Below are positions 8,460 through 17,765 of a stretch of 64,000 bases of DNA, piece by piece. Origin of the DNA: Candidatus Woesebacteria bacterium (GTDB lineage: Bacteria; Patescibacteriota; Microgenomatia; UBA1406; GWC2-37-13); NCBI GenBank assembly GCA_020429045.1, contig JAGQLS010000006.1:11993-75992 (forward strand), in the 5' to 3' direction. The translations under genes were made by a program, and so were the position numbers. The stretch's first letter is position 1, and the number at the start of each line of letters is the position of its first letter. The notes under the pieces are model-generated. The model made no database searches, was not told the origin of the DNA, and saw only the letters and a list, made by a program, of their open reading frames with translations.

Positions 8460-10553
8460 ATGTCGCTTAAAACGATTTGTTCTCCATCTTCTATCGCCAT
8501 TGTTGGCGTTTCACACAACAAAAAAAAGGTTGGTCACTTGGTTGCAAAGAATATTCTTGAGCAAGGGTTTAAAGGTGCCTTGTATTTCGTCAATCCTTCA
8601 GGAGAAACGATTTTAGGAAAAAGAACGTATAAAAATTTACAATCAATCAAAAAAAAGGTGGATCTTGCGATTTGTGCCGTTCCTGCAGACATTGTTCTTT
8701 CCTATCTCGACAAACTACAGTGCATTCATTGTAAAAATATTGTCATCCTTTCTGCAGGATTTAAAGAAGGCTCATCTCCAGAAAATGTTACACGAGAAGA
8801 GAAATTACAAAAGCTCATTGCCAAACATCGATTAACCGTTCTTGGCCCCAATTGCCTAGGATTCGTAAATACTAGTAAAAAGATAAATGCAACCTTTTTG
8901 CAACACGCGCTACCAAAAGGAAATATCAGTATTATTTCTCAATCGGGCGCTCTTGGCAGTGCGTTTGTTGACTATATTGCAACTAAGTCGCATTTAGGCA
9001 TTTCTCATTTTATTAGCCTTGGCAACAAATCAGTGATTGATGAATCAGATGCACTCGCCTATCTTGCGACCGATCCTTCAACGCATGTGATTGGGATGTA
9101 TTTAGAAGACATAGCCCGTAGCACATTGTTTGCCAAACTTTTGAAAGAACTATCACCAAAAAAACCCGTTGTTATTCTCAAAGGAGGAAAAACAAAACAA
9201 GGATCTGAAGCGGCACTTTCGCATACTGGCAGTTTGGCTGGCGACGATGCTACTGTTGAAGCGCTTATCACACAATCGTACGCCATTCGCGCTGACTCCT
9301 ATGCAGAGTTTGAGACACTACTTAAACTATTAAGCTATGGAGCCGCGCCAAAAAACGAAAACATACTCGTGCTTTCAAACGCGGGCGGCATGGGCGTTTT
9401 GCTCACCGACGACATCATTCAAAACAAACTTCGTCTCGTCACCATTTCTCAAAAGACAAAAAACGAACTGAAATCGCACATGAATCCTCACAAAAGCATT
9501 TCTATTCACAATCCAATAGACCTTCTGGGCGATGCAAGCGCCTTTGATTATGAACAGGCCGTTGCGGCAACCGAAAAAGAGACAAATATTGGCGCAGTCA
9601 TTGTTCTTCTTACGCCGCAGGCCAACACTCAAATTATGAAAACCGCACGCGTTTTGTATCACTATCAAAAGCGTATTCACTATCCCCTGCTTCCTGTTTT
9701 TATGGGGAAAGCTTCGGTATCAAGAGCGCATCGTTTTTTTGAGCAAAAGGGTATGCCGAGTTTTCGTTATTTTGCTTCTTTTTCCCGAGCATTGTACAAA
9801 CTTGTTGACTACAAAAAACGTTGCGGATTACGTTCGTCCCATCACAGCAATTTTTTTTCTATCCAAACCACAACCCACCAACCAGACATACACACCGTTT
9901 TATCACAGTACTCCGGCGAGTCGTTTCTCAATCAGTACGATAGCGCCCGTGTAATTGCTTGGTCTGGTATATCGGTTTCTCCTCTGTATCACGCAACCAC
10001 AAAGCAGGATTTGGCGCGAATCGTGCGTCGCGAAGGCTTTCCCCTGGTTGCAAAAATAGCCTCTGACAAAATTACCCATAAAACCGAAGTACACGGGGTG
10101 ATTACTCAGATTACGACACTCGAAGAATTACAGAACGCCTATCACACCTTCACATCAATTACTTCAAAAAAAGCAGGGTGCTATGTGCAAAAACAACATA
10201 ATGGTTATGAACTTCTTGTTGGTGCAAAGCGCGACAAGGAGCACGGCGTTGTTCTTTTGCTCGGGGTAGGTGGCGTATATGCGGAATTGTTCAAACAATC
10301 GCTGCAGGTTTTGTATCCTTGCTCGCTCGATATGTTCGCACATCTTTTGAAAACATCATTTTTTAGCCGCTATCTTATGCCATTTCGTGGGCTGCCAGCT
10401 ATCAATATCACCTCACTGCATGAAACAATGATGAAGTTGGGAAGCATTCTTGAGCAACACAAAGAAATTGACTCAATCGATATTAACCCTCTTATGATGC
10501 GCGGCACAGAATGTGTAGCAGTCGACGCGCGAGTCATTTTGGCAAAAAGATAA
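8460..10553 (+). CDS. acetyl-CoA synthetase (ADP-forming) / acetate--CoA ligase family protein
   Basis: 697 aa. N-terminal CoA-binding Rossmann (IAIVGVSHNKKKVGH), succinyl-CoA-ligase-like middle (ISQSGALGSAF), C-terminal ATP-grasp. Confidence 0.85.
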   Translation: MSLKTICSPSSIAIVGVSHNKKKVGHLVAKNILEQGFKGALYFVNPSGETILGKRTYKNLQSIKKKVDLAICAVPADIVLSYLDKLQCIHCKNIVILSAGFKEGSSPENVTREEKLQKLIAKHRLTVLGPNCLGFVNTSKKINATFLQHALPKGNISIISQSGALGSAFVDYIATKSHLGISHFISLGNKSVIDESDALAYLATDPSTHVIGMYLEDIARSTLFAKLLKELSPKKPVVILKGGKTKQGSEAALSHTGSLAGDDATVEALITQSYAIRADSYAEFETLLKLLSYGAAPKNENILVLSNAGGMGVLLTDDIIQNKLRLVTISQKTKNELKSHMNPHKSISIHNPIDLLGDASAFDYEQAVAATEKETNIGAVIVLLTPQANTQIMKTARVLYHYQKRIHYPLLPVFMGKASVSRAHRFFEQKGMPSFRYFASFSRALYKLVDYKKRCGLRSSHHSNFFSIQTTTHQPDIHTVLSQYSGESFLNQYDSARVIAWSGISVSPLYHATTKQDLARIVRREGFPLVAKIASDKITHKTEVHGVITQITTLEELQNAYHTFTSITSKKAGCYVQKQHNGYELLVGAKRDKEHGVVLLLGVGGVYAELFKQSLQVLYPCSLDMFAHLLKTSFFSRYLMPFRGLPAINITSLHETMMKLGSILEQHKEIDSIDINPLMMRGTECVAVDARVILAKR

Positions 10554-10578
10554 TACTCCGTTTATTTTTTTGCACGAT

Positions 10579-11328
10579 CTAATTTTTAAGCAACAGACTA
10601 ACATGTTTCCCTTTAACTTCTTCTTGAGACGAATGGATTGATATTACTAAACGAGACAGTTCCTTTATAAGTGACCCTGGCGCAGTTGTATTATTATGTC
10701 CGGGAAACAGCATAAGTTTTTGTTCATTCAAAGAGGACAATTTATTTATAGAAATTTGGTATTGTTGCCAAGAGGACTCAGGAAGCTGTAAGTAGATTGG
10801 TCCCGGATACACTGTGTCTCCAGTAAATAAATATGCAAATTTTGGCACATAATAACACACAGATCCAGGTGTATGACCAGGCGTGTGTAAAACATGGATA
10901 TCAAACTCGTTGCTCTTCACGGTTTGTCCATCTTTAAGAGAAATAAATTTTTTTACCCCAGGAACAATATACTGTTTAGGATAACTTGAATAAAAATATG
11001 AAGCATCTTGCAATTCGGAGATATCTTCGGAGTGAAATCCTTTTTTCAATAAGGATTTTTCAAACGCATCATCAAATAGAGAAACAGCATTATATCGATG
11101 TGCGCCGCCGATATGATCCCAATGAGCGTGCGTCAATAAGACTTTGACAGGAAGATGTGTAATTTTTTTGATTTCTTTATCAATGTTTCCATAGCCCATG
11201 CCTGTATCGATCAGGAAAGCTCGTCGAGAGTCAAGCAAAAGGTATGAAATAACCTTTTCCCAATGATTAAATTCAGCTATTGCATATACATATTTTGTGA
11301 GTTGTTTTGTTTTATACCACTGTTTCAT
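10579..11328 (-). CDS. MBL-fold metallo-hydrolase
   Basis: LTHAHWDHIGG (HxHxDH) and HTPGHTPGS motifs. Start trimmed to MKQWYK (ATG at 11328) to remove the overlap with the upstream gene. Confidence 0.8.
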   Translation of the reverse strand: MKQWYKTKQLTKYVYAIAEFNHWEKVISYLLLDSRRAFLIDTGMGYGNIDKEIKKITHLPVKVLLTHAHWDHIGGAHRYNAVSLFDDAFEKSLLKKGFHSEDISELQDASYFYSSYPKQYIVPGVKKFISLKDGQTVKSNEFDIHVLHTPGHTPGSVCYYVPKFAYLFTGDTVYPGPIYLQLPESSWQQYQISINKLSSLNEQKLMLFPGHNNTTAPGSLIKELSRLVISIHSSQEEVKGKHVSLLLKN

Positions 11329-11338
11329 ATATTTAAGA

Positions 11339-12169
11339 TTAATAAATAACACCCCAGAGATTCGATTCGGTGTAAGTTGCCGATCCATTTTCTGGATATA
11401 TAGTCCATAAACCAACTTCGCCACATTCCCAGACATTGGGCTGAATTTCGTTCCATTGATTAGGTTTATAATTCTGCTTATAACCTTGAAATTCAATCAA
11501 AGGAACAGAAACAACCATGGCACTTGTATCCTCCTTCAGTGGTTTTAGGCCCGCCCATGTAAGACTGCGCAACCAAGGATCAAAAGGAAGTTGTATCGTG
11601 CTGCCCGATTGACCAAATACTCCGTGTTTGTCTAAACGCGATACAGTCATTTGAGTACAATACTGCCAAAAGGGCAATTGGTAATTATGTTCTGCCTTGG
11701 CCACTCCATATCCAGTTGGCCTAAAAGAACCGATGAGATATTGCATATTAAGATCTGCGACAAGTTGCTTGGCATGATTAATGAGACGAGCCGGCAACTG
11801 CTTACCTTGCTGTTCTAATGCGACATTCATCGACATAAGAACAAGTGTATTACCTGCAGGATTATATGTACTGCTATAATCTGTTGGATCGCCCGCAACA
11901 TCGTCCCAACTTTTTAGCGACTGAGGATTGCCATCCCAGTAAATTCTATTCATCGAAAGGCTTGCAGCAGGTACAGTATCTATCTCCATCATCAGTTGGC
12001 CTTCTGGAAATACATTCGCACGTCCTTCCATTGATTGTGTGCTAGCAGCAAGCCATGGAGCCCAATTAGGCACTTCAAGAAGACGATGCATCTGAGGTAT
12101 GATTTCCTTGCTCCAATTTTTAACGGAAATAACATGCGGCGTTTTTTCATTTTCTGTTTTATTCAACAT
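11339..12169 (-). CDS. hypothetical protein, possible GNAT-like fold
   Basis: VLMSMNVALEQQGKQLPARLINHAKQLVADL resembles GNAT motif A. The track ORF start (12304) crosses an intrinsic terminator, so start is placed at MLNKTENEK (ATG 12169); ATG 12205 is also possible. Confidence 0.5.
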   Translation of the reverse strand: MLNKTENEKTPHVISVKNWSKEIIPQMHRLLEVPNWAPWLAASTQSMEGRANVFPEGQLMMEIDTVPAASLSMNRIYWDGNPQSLKSWDDVAGDPTDYSSTYNPAGNTLVLMSMNVALEQQGKQLPARLINHAKQLVADLNMQYLIGSFRPTGYGVAKAEHNYQLPFWQYCTQMTVSRLDKHGVFGQSGSTIQLPFDPWLRSLTWAGLKPLKEDTSAMVVSVPLIEFQGYKQNYKPNQWNEIQPNVWECGEVGLWTIYPENGSATYTESNLWGVIY

Positions 12170-12286
12170 ATTTAAAAAATAATAATAATAAAGTTTTTTT
12201 ATCATTGGTCGTAGACGTCGTCGTCGTCGAACTTGATGATGTTGTGTAAAAAACATAGATATAAAAATAATTTGCAATTTTAGACC

Positions 12287-12319
12287 AAAAAAAATCCCGC
12301 CCATATTTTTGGGCGGGAT
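12287..12319 (-). terminator. rho-independent terminator
   Basis: Minus strand reads cccgccc-aaaaatat-gggcggg followed by T8. The U-tail exists only on the minus strand. Confidence 0.65.
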
Positions 12320-12430
12320 AATATTTCAATTAAATGGCTATGATTAGATTTTAGCCACAAAACATACTATCCCGGTTGCTTCGTCGTACAGACTGCAATG
12401 TTTGAGATAGTATTTTTTCCATCGTGAAAA
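12320..12430 (-). ncRNA. candidate structured leader or small RNA (unclassified)
   Basis: ORF-free. On the minus-strand RNA, tactatctc pairs with gggatagta (9 bp including one G-U that would be C-A on the plus strand). A second hairpin ggcta-n11-tagcc follows, then the terminator. Confidence 0.3.
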
Positions 12431-12497
12431 TAATATCACAAATTGATTATTTTTTCAAATCAAAACGCGATGTCCTAAAAGATTTACAATATATTGA

Positions 12498-13736
12498 TTA
12501 TTTTATCGCTTTATCATACCCGCAATGATTGTACGGACAGACAACTTCTCTACAGCAGACCTCTTCTCCGTTCAAAAGGTGCACAATGCGCTTGTAGTTT
12601 CTAAGCAGCGAACCCTTGAGGTACCAAAGATCGCCAGGTTTAAGGAGGTTTTTGAGAATATCTGCCGCCTGAAACACGTCTGATGCATAAAAAATGTTCT
12701 CTTTCGGATAACCCATCGCCCACAGTCTCTCGATCGTATTTTTGCGCAATGGTCCGATGCAAACTAAATAATCAAGAGTAAGTCGTGCGATGACATTTCC
12801 AGTTTCAGCATGATCTTTTTTTGCATTAGCTAGTTCTCCCATTTCACCGATTACGGCTATTTTTCTCCCCTTTTTATAGTCAATTTTGTCTAACGTTTCG
12901 AGACCCGCCTCGGTGCTTGCTGGGTTGGCGCGCAGCGAATCGTTGAGCAAAATCGTGTTCATTGGACCTTTCTCAATACTCATACGGCCCCGTAGGGGTT
13001 TGAGATCTTTCACTACCTCTTGAAACAACCAGATACCATTTTTTTTGCGAATAAATAGGGAAAATGCTGCATAGCCCGCCAGTAGATTATAAAAATGATA
13101 GGCTCCCAAAAGCGGCGTAGAAATCGTGATGGTTGTGCCTTTCAGGTTCATGGTGCCCGTTGTTCCTTCAATGGTGAGCTTGATGGACTTTTTGTCAAAC
13201 GAAAAATCATATTTTTTGTCTGTCCCATAGGAAAGTACCTGCGCTAGCGTGTGTGATCGCATTGCTCGAACGTTTTGGTCGTCAAAATTCAAAATTGCAT
13301 GACCTTTTTTGGGAAGTACTTCAATGATCCTTCTTTTTTCCTTAATCACATTTGCAAGCGATTTGAGATGTTGTTCATCGGTATGCACCGAAGAGATGCC
13401 CGTCATGATAGAAACTTCGGGCTTAACGATCTCAAGATGCACGTTCATTTCTCCTATTTTGTCTATGCCAAGTTCCCAGATGACAAATTTAGTCCAAGGC
13501 AGAACTTTCATTGCGGTAATAGGCACATTGTATAAGGTGTCGAGATTAATATCAGTTCGTAGCGTGTTACCTAACTGCTTGAGAAGTTCATATAAAATGT
13601 ATGTCGCGTGAGTCTTGCCTTGACTGCCGGTTATGGCGATTTGATTAACATGAAGGAATGATAGCCATTTTCCAGCAGCAGCGCGACGTAAACGGTGAAA
13701 TAATTTTTTTATTCCAGTTGGTTGGTATGTTGACAC
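12498..13736 (-). CDS. Mur ligase family protein (MurF-like, lacks canonical N-terminal domain; Cys-rich tail)
   Basis: P-loop IAITGSQGKTHAT, Mur ligase middle and C-terminal domains (LNDSLRANPAS, IAVIGEMGELA). C-terminal CCREVVCPYNHCGY. Confidence 0.75.
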   Translation of the reverse strand: MSTYQPTGIKKLFHRLRRAAAGKWLSFLHVNQIAITGSQGKTHATYILYELLKQLGNTLRTDINLDTLYNVPITAMKVLPWTKFVIWELGIDKIGEMNVHLEIVKPEVSIMTGISSVHTDEQHLKSLANVIKEKRRIIEVLPKKGHAILNFDDQNVRAMRSHTLAQVLSYGTDKKYDFSFDKKSIKLTIEGTTGTMNLKGTTITISTPLLGAYHFYNLLAGYAAFSLFIRKKNGIWLFQEVVKDLKPLRGRMSIEKGPMNTILLNDSLRANPASTEAGLETLDKIDYKKGRKIAVIGEMGELANAKKDHAETGNVIARLTLDYLVCIGPLRKNTIERLWAMGYPKENIFYASDVFQAADILKNLLKPGDLWYLKGSLLRNYKRIVHLLNGEEVCCREVVCPYNHCGYDKAIK

Positions 13737-13771
13737 TTCATCAATTACTAATTAACAATTTTTGATAGTCA

Positions 13772-14101
13772 CTAGTCGTCGTGTATAAGCAACGCATTAT
13801 CTTTTTCTAACGTTGAAATTCGTTTTTCATGATTTTCCAGCATTTTTTCGTGCGACTCTACAACGACGTTTGTGTATTCAATGATTTGTTTTGAAAGCAT
13901 TACATGTCCTTCGACTATTTCGTTTCTAAGACTGCTTATTTCGTTACCTACTTTTTTTCTAAGGATTATAATTTCATTATGTATTTCTTTTCTAAGACTA
14001 TTGAATTTATTTTGTACTTCGATTCTAAAACTTGTTAGTTCATCGCGTACCTCAGTTCGTACGATGTCTTGGATGGAATTAAGATCTTGTTTAGTCAACA
14101 T
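13772..14101 (-). CDS. small coiled-coil protein (MLTKQDL family, paralog of 22145-22453)
   Basis: 109 aa with heptad-like repeats. Shares the N-terminal MLTKQDL and C-terminal HEKRIsTlE motifs with the 102-aa ORF at 22145-22453. Confidence 0.6.
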   Translation of the reverse strand: MLTKQDLNSIQDIVRTEVRDELTSFRIEVQNKFNSLRKEIHNEIIILRKKVGNEISSLRNEIVEGHVMLSKQIIEYTNVVVESHEKMLENHEKRISTLEKDNALLIHDD

Positions 14102-14150
14102 ATGTAATTACATACTATTTTGATTTTTTATAAAAGTCAAGAGGAAATAA

Positions 14151-15749
14151 TCAGTTTTTTTTGATAGTATAACCATCGAAAGTATCCTCAATGCTCCAAC
14201 CTTTTTTTTCAATTTTTTTTCTTAGTTCATCAGATGATTGAAAATCCTTGTTTCTTCGAGCTTCTAGTCTTTGATCTGCAAGTTTTAGTATTTCGTTTGG
14301 CCATTTTCGCGTGAAGTAATCATCAGAAAGTTGTTCAAAACCTAATCCAAATATTTTGTCAAATGAGTAAAATAATTTGAGTTTCTCATTTGCATTTAGC
14401 ATAGAATTTAATACATCCCACATTACACTGAGCGCTTTTGCGGTATTTAGATCATTTTCTAGAGCTTCTTTGAAATCTAGTAGATATTTTTGCACCAGTT
14501 GTGGATTTTTTTCTCTTTTAGAAGTTTTAGAAGGGTTTCGAAAAGAAATTATGTAACTATAAATTCGTTTCAAATTTACTTGCGCTCCATCAAGCGCCTC
14601 CCACGTGAAGTTCATCGATTTGCGATAGTGCGTCTGCAAGATGAGATAGCGCAGTGCAAGTGGATCAATGTCATGTTTTTTTACGTCGTCTAAAGTATAA
14701 AAGTTGTTTTTTGATTTACTCATTTTTTTTTTTTTTTTATTCAAAAAAGCATAGTGCATCCAGATTTTGACAAATGTTTGGCCGGTTGCTGCCTCATATT
14801 GGGCGATTTCGTTTTCGTGGTGCACAGGTATGTGGTCTATGCCACCGGTGTGGATGTCGATAATGGGAAAGTTGTCTTTTTCAATCATATCTGAACGAGC
14901 TTGAAACGATATTTTCTCGCGCCTTTCCCCCGGAGTACCGGGGCCGGTCGTCATCGAGAATATATTTCTTCGCTCGTTTACATTAGTTTTACTATCATTC
15001 TCATTATTATTTTGTTGATCTAAAATTTCCTTAAAACCAAACAGTGAGATCGCAGAACATTCTATATGCCAGCCCGGAAACCCTTTCCCCCACGGACTAT
15101 CCCATTGCATCGTATGGTTTGCAAAACGCCCCACACACTTAAACCAAAGCGAAAAATCGGTGGAGTGCTTTTTCTGCGGATCGACATAGACATCGTCACG
15201 TACTGCCTGCATTTTTTCCTTTAGATTCTGACCTGACAGTTTGCCATAGTTTGGGAATAATGTTGTATCAAAATACAGCGCTTCATCGGTTTCATACACA
15301 TACCCTTTTTGTTGCAAAAGCGAAACGAGTTCTATCATTTCTTCGACGTGGTCGGTTGCGTTCCATTCAAGATCGGGAGGTATAATATTGAGCGCCCGCA
15401 TGGTGCCATGAAAAAAATTAGTATAAAATTGAGCGACTTCCCAGACAGTTTTGCCGGTTTTTTGAGCTCCTTTTTCCAGCTTGTCGTCGCCAGTATCGTC
15501 ATCTCCCGACAAGTGGCCAACATCGGTTATGTTCATGACATGCCATACATCGTACCCTAAGTATTGCAAAGACCGTTTCAGTATGTCGTCCATGACGTAT
15601 TTGCGCGCGTGACCGATGTGTGTGTAGTCATATACCGTTGGTCCGCAGGTGTAGAGTTTGATAATTGGTTGATCTTGAGGAGTAGGAAGTGGTTGCTTTG
15701 TTTTGGTGTAAGTGTCATAAAGCTGCATACGCATCATTATATCATTCAC
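14151..15749 (-). CDS. cysS: cysteine--tRNA ligase
   Basis: HIGH (YTHIGHAR), WHIECSA, HHENEIAQ and KMSKS motifs. Start uncertain (MQLYDTY at 15728 is plausible). Contains an ~60-aa insertion and a KKKKK run encoded by A16. Confidence 0.9.
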   Translation of the reverse strand: MNDIMMRMQLYDTYTKTKQPLPTPQDQPIIKLYTCGPTVYDYTHIGHARKYVMDDILKRSLQYLGYDVWHVMNITDVGHLSGDDDTGDDKLEKGAQKTGKTVWEVAQFYTNFFHGTMRALNIIPPDLEWNATDHVEEMIELVSLLQQKGYVYETDEALYFDTTLFPNYGKLSGQNLKEKMQAVRDDVYVDPQKKHSTDFSLWFKCVGRFANHTMQWDSPWGKGFPGWHIECSAISLFGFKEILDQQNNNENDSKTNVNERRNIFSMTTGPGTPGERREKISFQARSDMIEKDNFPIIDIHTGGIDHIPVHHENEIAQYEAATGQTFVKIWMHYAFLNKKKKKMSKSKNNFYTLDDVKKHDIDPLALRYLILQTHYRKSMNFTWEALDGAQVNLKRIYSYIISFRNPSKTSKREKNPQLVQKYLLDFKEALENDLNTAKALSVMWDVLNSMLNANEKLKLFYSFDKIFGLGFEQLSDDYFTRKWPNEILKLADQRLEARRNKDFQSSDELRKKIEKKGWSIEDTFDGYTIKKN

Positions 15750-15785
15750 AGCACTATATCAGCAATTTAAATATTTAGGAATATA

Positions 15786-16751
15786 CTATCGCGAAAATTC
15801 AATCACCATAAAAACAATGTAAAGAAAAATGAGTATAGCGCCTTCCCAGCGTTCCAATCTCTGCCTCGTTCGTACATAAAAATAAAAGAATAAAAATAGG
15901 AGTAAAAAGAAAATCGTTGCAAATAGATATTCGTCAAACACTTGGATCGTGATCGGATGAATAAGCGTCGTAATACCTACGACCAAACTACCGTTTGCCA
16001 CAATCGAACCAAGCAAATCGCCTAAAAAGACTGCAACATCGTGCCTGCGAATAGCCTGAAATTCCACGACAAACTCCGGCAAGCTCGTTCCGATGGAAAC
16101 AAACAACAGTCCGATAAGAAGCGGCGGTACCTGTAGCGACGTCGATAAATCGATACCGAGCTTGACGATCATGTCGGCAGAAAACAAAATCACCGCAAGC
16201 GAAAGAAAGACATACATAAAATGTTTTTCCGTATGATTTTTACGGATTTTGCGGAATAAATAGACAAATGCATTCGTTTCTCGATGCGCCACTTCCTTTG
16301 TGCGCTTCAAGAGAATATCGTAATTATAAAAAAGATAAATCGCGATGAGAATGAGCGCGTCGACTCGGGAAAGTGAATTGTCAAGAAGTAAAAAAAGCGG
16401 CGCGAGTCCGACAAGAAACGCATGGAGTAAATCTCGAGAATAAGCTTTGTTACGTATATGTACGGTGCCGCCAAGGAGCGCAGCGCCGCCTGCAACAAGC
16501 GTGACATCCGCGATGTTTGAGCCTATCGCGTTACCAAGAGACAAGTTGGGTACACCGTCAAGCGCCGAGGTGATACCCACAAAAAGTTCTGGCAAACTCG
16601 TTGCAAGCCCCACAATGAGTGCGGTTATAAAAAACCCACCCATTTTTGTTTTGTTGGCAATTTTACGTAACCGTGTAGCAAGCACATCGGCCGCTTTTAT
16701 GAGCACGACCGAGAAGAAGATGATGCCCACAATTGGAATTACACTTTGCAT
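15786..16751 (-). CDS. Ca2+/Na+ antiporter (CaCA/YrbG family)
   Basis: Two alpha-repeats, GNAIGSNIADVTLV and GDLLGSIVANGSLV; about 10 TM helices. Confidence 0.85.
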   Translation of the reverse strand: MQSVIPIVGIIFFSVVLIKAADVLATRLRKIANKTKMGGFFITALIVGLATSLPELFVGITSALDGVPNLSLGNAIGSNIADVTLVAGGAALLGGTVHIRNKAYSRDLLHAFLVGLAPLFLLLDNSLSRVDALILIAIYLFYNYDILLKRTKEVAHRETNAFVYLFRKIRKNHTEKHFMYVFLSLAVILFSADMIVKLGIDLSTSLQVPPLLIGLLFVSIGTSLPEFVVEFQAIRRHDVAVFLGDLLGSIVANGSLVVGITTLIHPITIQVFDEYLFATIFFLLLFLFFYFYVRTRQRLERWEGAILIFLYIVFMVIEFSR

Positions 16752-16771
16752 AGATTTTAGTATATGTAAGT

Positions 16772-17722
16772 TTATGAACCTTTACAAGCAGACATATGCC
16801 ATATAGTAACCTTCGATGTTGGTTTTATGTCTTGGGATTGTATTCTATTGGTTGGCGTCATGGAGACAATCCTGTTTTGACAAGGAATATTGAGTTGAAT
16901 AGGATGTAATTGAAAATTACAAAATCCAACATTGGTTATTACCTCTTGCATCATTGAAAAATATACTCTACTTGCTGGACGGACAACATAACCCAAAGAA
17001 AAAAAATAATTTATTTCCTCGGCAAAGTGTTGGAACATCCGATTCCCAAGACTTACACATTCAAGAATACCATATTCATTTCCTCCTTGACATAAAGCTC
17101 TATATTCAATAATATCTTTGGATGTATAACCGCACTCAATTAAAAGATTTTCGTCAATTGTAGCTATTGATTGTTGGTCAACAATGTGTTCATTAGTAAA
17201 GGATCGTTCCCTAAAGAAGATTGCGGTTTCAGATTGTTGAGCAACGTGTTGAATAAGGGGAATCGGAGATGGGGGCAGATCTCTTAGTATTTGAAGGCTT
17301 CCCCCTGGTACAAGTACATGATGCACTTCTTGTAACGATTGCAGGATGTCTGGTTTGGATTGGGCATCTATACCACAGAGAGAAACAACATGTGGTACAG
17401 TATTGTCGGGTATCTGATGAAGGTTTTTTGCATCGCTTTGGAGAAACAACAGCCCTGCACCTCCATCTGTAATCCTTGATTTATACTCTTCACGCAGCTG
17501 TTCTATATTTTTATCGAGATTGATCCAGTTGATCGGTCGCATATATGCTCTTTCTGCAATTTTTTGCAACAAGCCACCGCCAGCACCTATTTCTAAAAGC
17601 GGAGATAAAACGTTATCGCGATCTGTAATGAGTCCTAGTGATTGAAATCGAGAAAATAATTTTCGTGAAAATAAATGCACATAGTTGGGAGTACGCCTGA
17701 GGTCGTAAATATTTTCGGGCAT
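16772..17722 (-). CDS. class I SAM-dependent methyltransferase with uncharacterised C-terminal half
   Basis: Motif I LLEIGAGGGLL and post-I/II pattern ...VLVPGGSLQI. The C-terminal ~150 aa are unassigned. Confidence 0.65.
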   Translation of the reverse strand: MPENIYDLRRTPNYVHLFSRKLFSRFQSLGLITDRDNVLSPLLEIGAGGGLLQKIAERAYMRPINWINLDKNIEQLREEYKSRITDGGAGLLFLQSDAKNLHQIPDNTVPHVVSLCGIDAQSKPDILQSLQEVHHVLVPGGSLQILRDLPPSPIPLIQHVAQQSETAIFFRERSFTNEHIVDQQSIATIDENLLIECGYTSKDIIEYRALCQGGNEYGILECVSLGNRMFQHFAEEINYFFSLGYVVRPASRVYFSMMQEVITNVGFCNFQLHPIQLNIPCQNRIVSMTPTNRIQSQDIKPTSKVTIWHMSACKGS

Positions 17723-17765
17723 AAGATATTTTATACCCTATAATAATATTTATCAATATTAATTT

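Noticed and set aside
12170-12304. Long N-terminus (with an RRRRR run) of the GNAT-like ORF
   Set aside because: It would be translated through an intrinsic terminator hairpin and its T-tract. It is more likely non-coding leader.
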